A DNA stretch of 64,000 nucleotides from Coleofasciculus sp. B1-GNL1-01. Its GTDB lineage: Bacteria; Cyanobacteriota; Cyanobacteriia; Cyanobacteriales; Coleofasciculaceae. The notes under the pieces were generated by a model. The model was not told the DNA's origin. It worked only from the letters and a program-made list of their open reading frames with translations, and ran no database searches. Position numbers and translations under genes: made by a program. This document shows positions 1 through 10,618 of the stretch, piece by piece (positions within the stretch are counted from its first letter, which is position 1; each line of letters starts with the position of its first letter). The stretch is taken from NCBI GenBank assembly GCA_040220235.1, contig JAVJTO010000132.1; one strand, written 5' to 3'.

Positions 1-136
1 CCTTATCCCAGTATACTCCATTAATTAGCTACCATCAGGACGGTTTCTAAGACTCGCAGCTAAAGCTGCTATGCTGGACGCTTCGCTCGGTTTCATCCCT
101 CGGTTAAAACACGAGGGCTTTCACCATCGCTATCAT
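1..136 (-). mobile_element. Left end of an IS200/IS605 (IS608-like) element running off the window start
   Basis: Minus strand reads TTAC (140-137), a 15-nt spacer, AAAG, then hairpin CCCTCG-N9-CGAGGG (97-117); same layout as the IS608 left end. Confidence 0.75.
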
Positions 137-404
137 GTAAGTCTTAAAGATGTTGGAACTGCACAGGGAAAGCAGGGGTCAGTACTGGCAAGACCCAAGG
201 AGCATATTACCTTTGTCGGCTGGGTAACGCTTACGCCCCACCCAACCTCCAAGAACATTTTGTGTTATGACATACTCCCAAGACCTAGCGAGGTGCGCTA
301 GGCAAGTTTATTTGATACTGTTTTAGTGTGGTGTGTGAATTGAACAGCGACGCAATTAGCGTCAGCTAATGTCCTCTAGAGGTGACTACAACCGTACTGG
401 TGTG

Positions 405-1691
405 ATGAGTGAGATCGCGATTTCATTGACAAATATCTCCAAGTGCTATAGGCGCTATAACCGTCCCATCGATAGACTCAAAGAAATAGTACTGCCAGGA
501 AAGAGCCGCGCCCAAGCGTTTTGGGCATTGCGCGATATTAACCTGGAAGTTATCCGAGGGGAGACTCTGGGCATTGTGGGACAGAATGGTTCAGGGAAAA
601 GTACCCTGCTACAGATCATCGCCGGAACGCTGACACCAACGACAGGTGAGGTGTGGGTCAATGGTCGAGTTTCTGCCTTATTGGAGTTAGGGAGTGGGTT
701 CAATCCCGAGTTTACCGGGCGACAGAATGTCTTTTTTAATGGTCAAATTCTGGGATTAAGTCGGGAAGAGATAGAAGCAAAGTTTGATAGCATTGCAGCG
801 TTTGCTGATATCGGTGACTTCCTTGACCAACCGGTCAAAACCTATTCCAGTGGAATGGTGGTTCGCCTCGCCTTTGCCGTGGTAGCGAATATCGATCCCA
901 CAATATTAATCGTAGACGAAGCCTTGGCTGTTGGTGATGCCCGATTCCAAGCACGTTGTATGAAACGAATTCGCCAGCTTAAAGAGCAAGGAGTGACCAT
1001 TCTTTTTGTCTCCCACGATTCAGCCAGCGTTAAAATGCTCTGTAATCGGGTGGCGCTGATGAATTATGGTTCAATCATTGAGGTGGGTACTCCTAAAACA
1101 GTCATTGACCATTATATTGCTCTATTGAGTTCAGAGAATACACGAAATAATCAAGAGATTCTTTCACCCAGAAAAAGACTTGAGTTGAATCAGGAAAACC
1201 AATCCTATAGAAAGACAGATTGTTTCCAGAAACATAGACATGGCAACCAACTCGCTGTCATCAATGATGTCAATATTTTAAATGCCAATAACCGCCAGGT
1301 TAAAACGATTGAAACAGGGTCGTCATTTCAGGTTTTGCTTCGCTTACAGGTCAAAGCTAAGTTATCTGATCTGGTCATAGGTATTTCCATTAGAAATCTG
1401 ATGGGGTTAGTGATGTATGGAACAAATACCAAATTAATGAACTGCCAATTACCTAAATCAGACATTGGACAGACAGTGAGTGTTCGATTTCAACTCCCTT
1501 GTTATCTGCATAAAGGCGTTTACACAGTAACCGTAGGCATCCACTCTGAGGAAGGATTGAGTTATGATTGGATTGATGATTTAGCTGTTTTTGAGGTGGT
1601 TAATGGCAATCACTGTGAAGGGGTTGTTGATCTAAACCCGATCATAAAAGTTGATGTAGAGACTAATGACGTTCTTTGTCTAATGTCTTAA
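405..1691 (+). CDS. wzt: Polysaccharide ABC transporter ATP-binding protein with C-terminal carbohydrate-binding domain
   Basis: GQNGSGKST Walker A, YSSGM signature, ILIVDEALAVGD Walker B, Wzt_C-like tail; ORF track starts at 369, ATG at 405 preferred. Confidence 0.93.
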   Translation: MSEIAISLTNISKCYRRYNRPIDRLKEIVLPGKSRAQAFWALRDINLEVIRGETLGIVGQNGSGKSTLLQIIAGTLTPTTGEVWVNGRVSALLELGSGFNPEFTGRQNVFFNGQILGLSREEIEAKFDSIAAFADIGDFLDQPVKTYSSGMVVRLAFAVVANIDPTILIVDEALAVGDARFQARCMKRIRQLKEQGVTILFVSHDSASVKMLCNRVALMNYGSIIEVGTPKTVIDHYIALLSSENTRNNQEILSPRKRLELNQENQSYRKTDCFQKHRHGNQLAVINDVNILNANNRQVKTIETGSSFQVLLRLQVKAKLSDLVIGISIRNLMGLVMYGTNTKLMNCQLPKSDIGQTVSVRFQLPCYLHKGVYTVTVGIHSEEGLSYDWIDDLAVFEVVNGNHCEGVVDLNPIIKVDVETNDVLCLMS

Positions 1692-1704
1692 AAATTTAGG
1701 GTGG

Positions 1705-1820
1705 TAAGTACCTGGACATGAATTCCGTCTGCTGTACTAAGCAATGTAAAAAAGCTGATCGTTGCCTGTTGCCTGTTGCCTAATCTCAACCTTTAACTTT
1801 AATCAAAGTCTGACTACTTA
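1705..1820. mobile_element. MITE family A (TAAGTA...TACTTA ends, internal heptamer repeats)
   Basis: Imperfect terminal inverted repeats; similar to 15041-15170 and 29588-29727. Confidence 0.65.
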
Positions 1821-1827
1821 TCCAGTT

Positions 1828-3138
1828 ATGATGGAATCCAATAATTCAGCAATTAATGTAGATCAATTGATCAAAAAAATTAGAGAAGAGGTTGCTCATC
1901 GTCAGCCTATTTCAGAGAGAAACTTGGAGACAATTAAAGTTGTCTCAGTCAATCAGACTCTAACTCTAAGTCACATAGAGAATTTACTGCATAACGCTCA
2001 GTTAAAGTCTCAGATTCGCACCGAATTTCCTAAAAAACTGAACCGTTTCCCCTTTTCCCTAAGCCAACCGTTACAGAAATTGGCGCTAAAGCTGTACTCG
2101 TTTCTATTTAAAGAGCAACGGGCGATTAATTTTTCTTTAATTGAAGCCATCAGAGAGTCCCTGACCCTAAACCGAAAACTCATTGATCAAGTCATGGATT
2201 TCCAAGGGCAAGTCATGGATCTCCAAGGGCAAGTCATGAATCTCCAAGGGCAAGTGAAGGAAATAAGCGCTTATCTTACTGCAACAGAAAAGCATCTCAA
2301 TGAACAGTTGCAAGCGATGGATGAACATTATATCAAAAATGATAGCTATCTCAAGAATGACTTAACGCAACAGAAGCGGCTAATTACCTTATTTTTAGAA
2401 GCAGCGCGACAGCGTTTACCAGAATCTTTCACTGTAGATCAACTGCAAACGTTGAGCAATGAAGAGCCGCACCAACTCGATGCCTTTTATGTGGCTTTTG
2501 AAGACCAATTTCGGGGAAGTCGCGAGGAGATTCGGAATACGTTAAATGTCTACCTACCCGTGATTGAAGATGCCAAACTTGGTACACCAGAATCCCCCAT
2601 TTTAGATGTGGGGTGCGGCAGGGGTGAGTGGCTAGAATTGCTGCGGGAATCGGGATATTCAGCGCGGGGGATAGATATAAATAGAGTGATGCTAGAACAA
2701 TGCAATACAATAGGTCTTGAGGTGATAGAAGCAGACGCGATCGCGTATTTACAGAATTTGCCTGATCATAGTTTAGGGGCAGTCACTGGCTTTCATTTGA
2801 TTGAACACTTACAGTTTGCTGTTCTCATGAAACTATTCGATGAGACGATGCGGGTTTTGCAGCCCGGTGGGTTGATCATTTTTGAAACACCTAACCCCCG
2901 CAATCTTTTCGTCGGATCAGGAGATTTTTACCGCGATCCGACTCATGTTAATCCCATCCATCCTGATACAATTGCTTACATCGCCATCTTAAAAGGTTTT
3001 ATGAATGCCGAGTCCTATTTTTTTGCCGAACAAGACAATGGGTTGCAACTTTTAGCCTCATCAAACGTGAAATTTGATACCTTAGAGAGTTATCTGAGTA
3101 TTTCTCGTGACTTTGCTTTAATTGGGTACAAGCCATGA
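1828..3138 (+). CDS. Coiled-coil plus class I SAM methyltransferase, probable glycan chain terminator
   Basis: N-terminal heptad-rich region, LDVGCGRGEW motif I, directly after wzt; ATG at 1828 preferred over 1762, which lies in a MITE. Confidence 0.85.
   Translation: MMESNNSAINVDQLIKKIREEVAHRQPISERNLETIKVVSVNQTLTLSHIENLLHNAQLKSQIRTEFPKKLNRFPFSLSQPLQKLALKLYSFLFKEQRAINFSLIEAIRESLTLNRKLIDQVMDFQGQVMDLQGQVMNLQGQVKEISAYLTATEKHLNEQLQAMDEHYIKNDSYLKNDLTQQKRLITLFLEAARQRLPESFTVDQLQTLSNEEPHQLDAFYVAFEDQFRGSREEIRNTLNVYLPVIEDAKLGTPESPILDVGCGRGEWLELLRESGYSARGIDINRVMLEQCNTIGLEVIEADAIAYLQNLPDHSLGAVTGFHLIEHLQFAVLMKLFDETMRVLQPGGLIIFETPNPRNLFVGSGDFYRDPTHVNPIHPDTIAYIAILKGFMNAESYFFAEQDNGLQLLASSNVKFDTLESYLSISRDFALIGYKP
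2188..2256 (+). repeat. In-frame 21-nt tandem repeat (3 copies plus partial)
   Basis: caagtcatg(g/a)at(t/c)tccaaggg x3 encoding QVMDFQG QVMDLQG QVMNLQG. Confidence 0.95.
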
Positions 3139-4175
3139 GAATTGCGATCGCGACGGTTCAAGTCCCGTTTATTCGTGGCGGTGCCGAGATGTTGGCGGCG
3201 GGTTTAGTTGAGGCTATCCGCCAAGCCGGTCACGAAGCGGACGTTATATCCATGCCCTTTCATTTTTATCCGGTGAGGGAAGTCAAACGGAGTATGGAGA
3301 TATGGAATAGTGAGAATTTTGCCGCGATCAATGGCTATAATATTGATTTAGCGATTTGCTTAAAGTTTCCTACCTTTTATCTGAAACATTCGGATAAAGT
3401 GGCTTGGATTATTCACCAACATCGTGCCGTTTATGACTTGTGGGATACTTTTTTTACCCAAGAGTTATCCCATAGTGATGAAGGCAAGGAGTTAAGAGAC
3501 GAGATTATCCAACGGGATACCCATGCCTTCCAAGGGTTCAAAAAGGTATTTACGATTGCGAAAACGGTTTCTAATCGTCTGCAATATTTTAATAAAATTG
3601 ACTCAACTGCCCTCTATAATCCGCCCAAACTCGCGAATTATTTTTACACGGCTGCTGCTGAACCCTATATTTTTTTCCCCAGTCGCCTCGAAAATCTCAA
3701 GCGACAGGATCTATTGATTAAAGCGATGACCTATGTTAAATCACCAACAGTGGCTTTACTGGCAGGAGAGGGTGGACAAAAACCTAATTTACTGCAAATG
3801 ATTGAAGCGTTTGACCTACAGCAACGAGTGAAACTCATGGGACGAATTAGCGATGAAGATATGTTAGCATTTTATGCTCACTGCTTAGGTGTATTTTTTG
3901 GGGTTCACAATGAAGATTATGGCTATGTTACATTGGAAGCGATGTTGGCGGCAAAGCCAGTCATTACTTGTACCGATTCTGGCGGTTCACTGGAGTTCGT
4001 GATCAATCACCAAACTGGGTTAGTCGTTGAACCGGAACCTGAGGCGATCGCGCAGGCGATTGATCAGTTATACTTCAATCAAAAAGCAGCGGCTGAAATG
4101 GGAAAAGCTGGATTAGAACGATATCAGTTCCTGAATATATCCTGGGAGAATGTAGTGCAGAATCTTTTATATTAA
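3135..4175 (+). CDS. Glycosyltransferase family 4
   Basis: GGAE N-terminal motif, EDYGYVTLEAM (EX7E) motif. Confidence 0.92.
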   Translation: MRIAIATVQVPFIRGGAEMLAAGLVEAIRQAGHEADVISMPFHFYPVREVKRSMEIWNSENFAAINGYNIDLAICLKFPTFYLKHSDKVAWIIHQHRAVYDLWDTFFTQELSHSDEGKELRDEIIQRDTHAFQGFKKVFTIAKTVSNRLQYFNKIDSTALYNPPKLANYFYTAAAEPYIFFPSRLENLKRQDLLIKAMTYVKSPTVALLAGEGGQKPNLLQMIEAFDLQQRVKLMGRISDEDMLAFYAHCLGVFFGVHNEDYGYVTLEAMLAAKPVITCTDSGGSLEFVINHQTGLVVEPEPEAIAQAIDQLYFNQKAAAEMGKAGLERYQFLNISWENVVQNLLY

Positions 4176-4192
4176 AAGTTGAGGTTCATTTA

Positions 4193-5107
4193 ATGAATGC
4201 TTTATTCAAAATCCTCTCCAAACTCAATCCAATTAAACCAGATAACTCGAACTATATCTATCGCCCCGACGTGATTGCTCTGAGTTTTGCCGCAGGTATG
4301 GCATCCCTACAAAAATCTGGATGGAACGTTGTCCCCACAGCAATTGACAATACTTCCCCTGCAAAAGTCCGTAACATTCTCAGACTGGCTCACAAGGCGG
4401 GGATGAAGTTTTGTGACTATGAGATTAATTGGGGTAATTATCAAAAATACTTTAATAATGCCGAATACAAAACCCGGTATCCTGACTACTATCGGGGTAA
4501 TCAAGTTGAAAAATCTCTTGAGCATTATCTTACCCTTACTCTATTAAACGTGAGCGCGGAAGACATATTTATAGATATCGCCAGTGAACAATCTCCCATC
4601 CCAGAAATTTATCGCCGACTAACGGGTGCGACGACCTATAGCCAAGACATTATGTACCCACCGGGGATTAAGAGCAATCAAATTGGCGGAGATGCCTGTT
4701 CCATGCCTGTACCCAATAATTTTGCCTCCAAGGCGGCTTTAACTTGCTCTCTCGAACATTTTGAAGCTGATGCAGATACTCGCTTATTTGATGAATTATC
4801 TCGCGTTCTCAAGCCCGGTGGGAAAGTGTGCGTGGTTCCTTTTTACCTGTATGAACAAGCGGCGACTCAAACAGATCCCACAGTCAGCGCGACGGCAGGT
4901 GTCATCTTTGATCCAGACACAACCCTATACTGCGCTCAAGGATGGGGAAACCGACATGGGAGATTTTATAGTCCCGATTCTTTTTACCAACGAATTATCA
5001 AGCCAGTCCAAGATCGGTTCAAATTTGAGTTTTACTATCTGCAAAATGCTGCCGATGTCGATCCGTCAGTATATGCCCGCTTTGCCTTCACGGCAACCCG
5101 TCTATAG
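4193..5107 (+). CDS. Putative SAM-dependent methyltransferase-fold protein
   Basis: IDIASE, GGDA, SLEHF, RVLKPGG motifs. Confidence 0.7.
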   Translation: MNALFKILSKLNPIKPDNSNYIYRPDVIALSFAAGMASLQKSGWNVVPTAIDNTSPAKVRNILRLAHKAGMKFCDYEINWGNYQKYFNNAEYKTRYPDYYRGNQVEKSLEHYLTLTLLNVSAEDIFIDIASEQSPIPEIYRRLTGATTYSQDIMYPPGIKSNQIGGDACSMPVPNNFASKAALTCSLEHFEADADTRLFDELSRVLKPGGKVCVVPFYLYEQAATQTDPTVSATAGVIFDPDTTLYCAQGWGNRHGRFYSPDSFYQRIIKPVQDRFKFEFYYLQNAADVDPSVYARFAFTATRL

Positions 5108-5110
5108 CCG

Positions 5111-7501
5111 ATGAAAATTGCGATTATTGCTCCGAGTCCAGTTCCGTTTACAATTGGGGGTGCGGAAAATCTCTGGTGGGGACTCTTAAATTCGATTAAC
5201 CAGGACACTCCCTATCAGGCTGAGTTGGTGAAAATACCGAGTCCAGAACGAAATTTCTGGGAGTTGATTGATAGCTACAGGCATTTCTCAAACCTTGACC
5301 TGACTCATTTCGATTTGATCATTTCAGGAAAGTACCCGGCTTGGATGGTGCAACATGGCAACCACGTTTGCTATATGTTACATCGGTTGCGCGGATTATA
5401 TGATACTTATCACTTGACTGGTTGCCCAGAAAACTATGTGACCCCGCATAAAGAGATTAGGGGTCTACAGGAATTCATGGGGCATAATCAAGGGGTAAGA
5501 ACGGCACTGAACGAATTCTTTGATCGGTTAGACCAGCTACGGCGCTGCCCAGATTTACCCCTAGATACCTTTAAGTTTCCCGGTTCACTCGCACGAGAGA
5601 TTGTGCATTTTTTGGATGGTATTGCCTTGAAACCCGACGCGATCGCCAAGTATGCTGCCATCTCTCATACTGTAGCCAATCGCGCCAATTACTTTCCCGT
5701 TGATAGTTCTGTTCATGTCATCTATCCGCCCTCAAATCTGAAGTTTTTTCACCGAGGCAATAGCGATTACCTCTTCACCGTCAGCCGACTCGATAGACCG
5801 AAACGAGTTCGCTTATTAGTGGAGGCAATGCAGTATGTTAAATCTAATATCAACCTGAAAATTGCTGGAACTGGTCCTGATGCGGATAGTCTCAAGCAAC
5901 TCGCAGGCGATGATCAACGAATTATTTTTCTGGGGTTTGTTAATGACCAACAACTCACAGAGCTGTATGCTGATGCTTTAGCTGTACTGTATGTTCCTTA
6001 CAACGAAGATTATGGGCTAGTGACGATAGAAGCCATGATGAGTGCTAAACCTGTAATCACCACCACTGATTCCGGGGGTCCGAATGAGTTTGTTCGCAAT
6101 GAAGAAACTGGCTATTCTGTTCCACCTGATCCTGAGGCGATCGCCCAACGGATTGATTATCTGTGTGAACATTTACAGGAAGCTCAACAGATGGGGCTTA
6201 TCGGTCGTAAGTTAGTGCAAGATATTACCTGGGAAAATACAGTTGCCAAACTCCTAGGTGACGCGCAGCAATACATCACAACTATAGCCCGAAACGAGCG
6301 CAAAAAAATTACAGTTGCTCTTACGTTTCCTGTGTTTCCGCCTCGGGGAGGTGGTCAAATCCGGGTGTTTCATCTGTACCGTTATCTCGCCCGTTGGTTC
6401 GATATCGAATTTGTCACGTTTACTCACGCTCATGAAGTCCCGTTTAGAGGTGAAATTGCCCCAGGTGTGTGGGAAATCCGCATTCCCAAGTCAGCTCAAC
6501 ATCAACGGGAAGAGTTAGGGATTGAGCAACAGGTTGGGGTGCCGATTACCGATATCGTGATGCCACAACTCTATCAGTTGACGCCGGCTTATGTTGAGGC
6601 GTTAAGAGCGTCTACGGCAACGTCCGATTTTATTGTGGCTTGTCACCCTTATCTGTTGCCAGCGATTCAAGCCGTCAGTAATCAGCCGATTTGGTATGAA
6701 GCACAGGATGTGGAAGTGGCGCTAAAACAAAGTGTTCTGCCTGATAATCCTACGGGGCAGAAATTACTTGACGCGACTCGCCAGGTTGAGCAGGAATGCT
6801 GTCAGGCAAGTAATTTAATTTGGGTGTGTTGTCAAGAGGATGCTCAATGTTTAAACCGAATTTATGGTGTAGATTCCAGCAAAATTTTGGACGTGCCGAA
6901 TGGGGTGGATATAGAAATGGTTAATTACGTTTCTATAGAAGAACGCCATTCCTGGAAATCTCAGTTAGGCTTAAAGGCTAATAGTTTTACGGCATTGTTT
7001 ATGGGGAGCTGGCACAGCCCGAATTTGGCAGCAGTGGGTCATATTTTTCTTATGGCTGAGCAACTCCCTCAGGTGAACTTTCTAATTATTGGTAGCGTGG
7101 GTTTGGCGTTTAAGCATCAAAAAAGACCTGCAAATGTTGGCTTTATGGATGTCGTTGATGACGAAACTAAAGCGGTTACCCTAGGTTTGGCTGATGTGGC
7201 ACTCAACCCCGTCACCTTTGGCTCTGGCACTAATCTGAAAATGCTGGAATACTTTGCCTCTGGTGTTCCGGTGATCTCGACACCCATTGGTGTCAGAGGT
7301 TTAGGGGTAGAAGCGGGAAAACACTGTATCGTGGTGGATATTGAGGACTTTGCTGAGGCGATCGCGGATCTAAACGCCGAAAAATTGACAAATAAAGAAC
7401 TTTGTGTTAAAAATGCCCGACAGTATGTTCAAGAGAATTTTGATTGGCAGGTGATATCCCAGCGATTGTTTAACCGTTTAACTCAGTTGAATTTGGTGTG
7501 A
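5111..7501 (+). CDS. Two-domain GT4 glycosyltransferase
   Basis: Two GT-B modules (EDYGLVTIEAM; GSGTNLKMLEY); first module paralogous to 3135-4175. Confidence 0.9.
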   Translation: MKIAIIAPSPVPFTIGGAENLWWGLLNSINQDTPYQAELVKIPSPERNFWELIDSYRHFSNLDLTHFDLIISGKYPAWMVQHGNHVCYMLHRLRGLYDTYHLTGCPENYVTPHKEIRGLQEFMGHNQGVRTALNEFFDRLDQLRRCPDLPLDTFKFPGSLAREIVHFLDGIALKPDAIAKYAAISHTVANRANYFPVDSSVHVIYPPSNLKFFHRGNSDYLFTVSRLDRPKRVRLLVEAMQYVKSNINLKIAGTGPDADSLKQLAGDDQRIIFLGFVNDQQLTELYADALAVLYVPYNEDYGLVTIEAMMSAKPVITTTDSGGPNEFVRNEETGYSVPPDPEAIAQRIDYLCEHLQEAQQMGLIGRKLVQDITWENTVAKLLGDAQQYITTIARNERKKITVALTFPVFPPRGGGQIRVFHLYRYLARWFDIEFVTFTHAHEVPFRGEIAPGVWEIRIPKSAQHQREELGIEQQVGVPITDIVMPQLYQLTPAYVEALRASTATSDFIVACHPYLLPAIQAVSNQPIWYEAQDVEVALKQSVLPDNPTGQKLLDATRQVEQECCQASNLIWVCCQEDAQCLNRIYGVDSSKILDVPNGVDIEMVNYVSIEERHSWKSQLGLKANSFTALFMGSWHSPNLAAVGHIFLMAEQLPQVNFLIIGSVGLAFKHQKRPANVGFMDVVDDETKAVTLGLADVALNPVTFGSGTNLKMLEYFASGVPVISTPIGVRGLGVEAGKHCIVVDIEDFAEAIADLNAEKLTNKELCVKNARQYVQENFDWQVISQRLFNRLTQLNLV

Positions 7502-7509
7502 GGTGAGGG

Positions 7510-10395
7510 GTGAAATTGATCAGCTTCAGCACAAAAAAATTATTTCAGTCTGGCATCCTTCATTCGCTCTCAGTCGTTCTCTTTTTTGCGCTCCTTTACA
7601 CCCTTTTCTTTGCGCCAGTCATCTTCTCAGGGCGATTGCTTGCCCCAGGAGATGGAATTGTTTTTTATGTTCCCGCGTTTTACTCGATCCGCACCTTATG
7701 GACGGATCTGATTCTGTCGGGTTTTCCGGTAGCCGCCGATCCCCAGATTCAGACATGGTATCCGATTTCTCTAGTCTTTTCGCTTATTCCTAACTCTTGG
7801 AATGCCTTTGTTCTCTCCGCTTATATATTAGCGAGCTGCTTTACTTATGGCTATGTTTACAGCCTCACCCAGTTGCGATTGGCAGCCTTAGTCAGTGGCA
7901 TTATCTACGGGATGAGTGGCTTTATGATGGCTCATTTGGGTCATACGGTGATCATTCATGGGGCGGCGTGGATGCCCCTGCTGATTTGGACGGCAGACAG
8001 GTTGCGCGATCGCATCCGTCCCCTGTGGTTTGTCGTCGGTGCTTTGGCTGTGAGTTGTAGTGTTTTGGCAGGACATCCCCAAATTTCTTTTTATAGCTTG
8101 GGTCTGAGTACAATCTATGCCCTTTGCCGCCTAGGCAAAGCACCCGTGGGTCGCTGGAGGTATTATGGAACTTATTTGGCGGTTATTGCCCTAGGCATAA
8201 GTCTGACGGCTATTCAACTGATTCCCACAGCCGAGTTGTCAGGACTGGGATTGCGATCGCGGATGACGTTCAATCAGTTTATTAGCTTTTCGTTGCCGAT
8301 CGAACAAATTCCGCAGTTTCTGTTTCCCTATCTGTTCGGTGGCGGTGGACCCTTCAATTCCTTTTACGATCCCCCTTATTTTGGCGGCTGGAATCTCGCC
8401 GAAATGACGGGTTATATGGGATTACTGCCTCTACTCTTGGCGATAGTTGGATTTATCGTACATCGGGATCGACCCATTGCCTGGTTTTGGTTAGGTGCGG
8501 GTGCGATCGCCTTCTTACTCGTCTTGGGGAAACCGTTGGCTTATTTGACCTACCATCTGCCTGTCTACAACAAGTTTCGCGCCCCAGCGCGACACCTGAT
8601 TGAAGTGGCTTTGGCGGTGAGTGTGCTGGCAGGTTTGGGTGTTGCGGCTATTCAAAGAAAAGCTGTTTCCCAACGTTTGAGCTTCAAGATCGTTAAGATC
8701 AGCGCTGGCGTTTTCCTAATTACCTTAACCAGTATTGTCATTTTTTCTGGTGCGCTAGAGTCAGAAGCCGTAGCAGCGGGTTCTCAACCCCTGAGTTTTC
8801 TGCCCTGGACAAATCCTGCCGTTGGAGTCCCCCTAGTCATTTTTTTGCTGGCAATAACCGTTATTTTCTACTCAATTCACGCCAAACCCTCTCAATGGGG
8901 TGTTCTTGCCCTGTTATTGCTAGTGATTGATCTGGGTAGTTTCGGTTGGTTTTATGAGTGGCGGTATGCTGCACCAAGTCAGGATGCCTTAACCCCGACG
9001 ACTGCTATTGCCCAATACCGAGACATACTAACTCAAAGTCAGCAGCGGATCTTAACGCCCAGAGGAGCAACCGGAAATTTCCATGAAATGCCGCCCAATC
9101 TCTCCCGGATTTGGGGAGTTCCCAGCGCTAGCGGTTACGGACCATTGATGTTATCCCGATATAGCGAGTTATTTCCCATGGGAACAACCGGAAATGATTG
9201 GGGGCAATGGGCAGGAGCCTCTAACCGTACCTTGGATTTGATGGCTGTGCGCTATATTCTCATCCCTCCTTGGGGATTGACCCCTGTAACCAACAGCCAA
9301 GGCATCGGTTGGCATAGCGAGGATATGAGCCTCAGCCTGGGGAAAGATTGTCTGACTAATCCGTCGAACTCGGTTAAATTTTATGTACCCTCTCAGCCTC
9401 AAGCAACAGCGATTGGAATTGTCAGTGCAATGGCTTGCTCCCAAGGGTTGCCTAATGATGCACAAGTCTTGCGAATCTCAGTACAGGATGTCACCGGAGA
9501 GACTGTAACTCAGACCCTGCGTGCTGGCAGAGATACGGCGGAATGGGCTGATGACTGTAGCGATGTACGACCTCAAGTGCAGCATAAACGAGCGCCCATC
9601 TTTAGCAGTGTTCCCCATAAACGACCCTCTTTTCCCGATTGTGAGCGGCACAATTACCTCAGCGTGCTACCCCTAAACCTGATGCATCCGGTTCAGGACA
9701 TCCAGTTGGAATGGATTGGCGCATCGGGTGCAATTACCCTTCATAAGATGAGTTTGATTAATCAGTCAACCGGGCAATCCTACCCGATTACAGAAGTCTC
9801 CAGCGCTTTAGCCAACCCAACTCGGTGGCGGCGGATGCCGGATATTCCAGCTTCTGGAGAAAAACCCTCAAATGCTGGAGGCTACTGGGGCGCTCAGGTT
9901 TATGAGAATCGGCGAGCTATGCCTAGAGCCTGGTTAGTTCCAGAGGTTGTCAGCGCCAAGCCTAACCAGATCCTTGAGGCGATTCAATCCTCTCGATTAC
10001 CGGATGGGCGTCCTTACGAACCAACTCAGGTGGCTTTGGTTGAAGTACCCCTCAACTTTAAAGCCAAAAATCCCGACTTGGCAGCTACTGCCCAAGTTTT
10101 GAGTCTATCGAATACCCAAATTGAGGTGCAAACGGATTCCACTTCTCCGGCTTTCCTGGTGTTAAGTGATGTGTATTACCCCGGTTGGAGAGCCACAATT
10201 GATGGTAAACCGACGCCTATCTTTCAAACAAACTATGTCCTGCGAGGTGTTCAAGTTCCCGCCGGAAACCATCGGGTTACCTTTGAGTTCAATCCGGTCA
10301 GTTTTCATATTGGCTTGGGCGTGAGTAGTGCATCTCTGGTTTTGTTGGGCTATTCAGCATGGAAACTTTCGCGAAGCCAGGAACGACATAACTGA
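7510..10395 (+). CDS. YfhO-family membrane glycosyltransferase (GT-C-like)
   Basis: Many TM segments, GHPQ, FRAPAR, C-terminal YYPGWRATIDG and TM anchor. Confidence 0.85.
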   Translation: MKLISFSTKKLFQSGILHSLSVVLFFALLYTLFFAPVIFSGRLLAPGDGIVFYVPAFYSIRTLWTDLILSGFPVAADPQIQTWYPISLVFSLIPNSWNAFVLSAYILASCFTYGYVYSLTQLRLAALVSGIIYGMSGFMMAHLGHTVIIHGAAWMPLLIWTADRLRDRIRPLWFVVGALAVSCSVLAGHPQISFYSLGLSTIYALCRLGKAPVGRWRYYGTYLAVIALGISLTAIQLIPTAELSGLGLRSRMTFNQFISFSLPIEQIPQFLFPYLFGGGGPFNSFYDPPYFGGWNLAEMTGYMGLLPLLLAIVGFIVHRDRPIAWFWLGAGAIAFLLVLGKPLAYLTYHLPVYNKFRAPARHLIEVALAVSVLAGLGVAAIQRKAVSQRLSFKIVKISAGVFLITLTSIVIFSGALESEAVAAGSQPLSFLPWTNPAVGVPLVIFLLAITVIFYSIHAKPSQWGVLALLLLVIDLGSFGWFYEWRYAAPSQDALTPTTAIAQYRDILTQSQQRILTPRGATGNFHEMPPNLSRIWGVPSASGYGPLMLSRYSELFPMGTTGNDWGQWAGASNRTLDLMAVRYILIPPWGLTPVTNSQGIGWHSEDMSLSLGKDCLTNPSNSVKFYVPSQPQATAIGIVSAMACSQGLPNDAQVLRISVQDVTGETVTQTLRAGRDTAEWADDCSDVRPQVQHKRAPIFSSVPHKRPSFPDCERHNYLSVLPLNLMHPVQDIQLEWIGASGAITLHKMSLINQSTGQSYPITEVSSALANPTRWRRMPDIPASGEKPSNAGGYWGAQVYENRRAMPRAWLVPEVVSAKPNQILEAIQSSRLPDGRPYEPTQVALVEVPLNFKAKNPDLAATAQVLSLSNTQIEVQTDSTSPAFLVLSDVYYPGWRATIDGKPTPIFQTNYVLRGVQVPAGNHRVTFEFNPVSFHIGLGVSSASLVLLGYSAWKLSRSQERHN

Positions 10396-10618
10396 TTTAG
10401 ACTCAATGGCACTGAAAAGCGTGCATTTGGAGATCACCAAAACCCTTACTATACCGTAGGCACTGCCCACCAGCTTTAATCTGCGTTCCCTTCGATTTAG
10501 ACTTCCTTGATCCAGTTATCAGGGTATATTCAGCAGACTACTATATACTCTGTATTGCAGCCCATGGAGGGATGGCGCGATCGCAAGTCTTCTCCATCAA
10601 TTAAGTAAGGAGAGAGGA

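Noticed and set aside
71..301. 76 aa ORF
   Set aside because: Crosses an IS end and a REP-like hairpin; no recognisable domain
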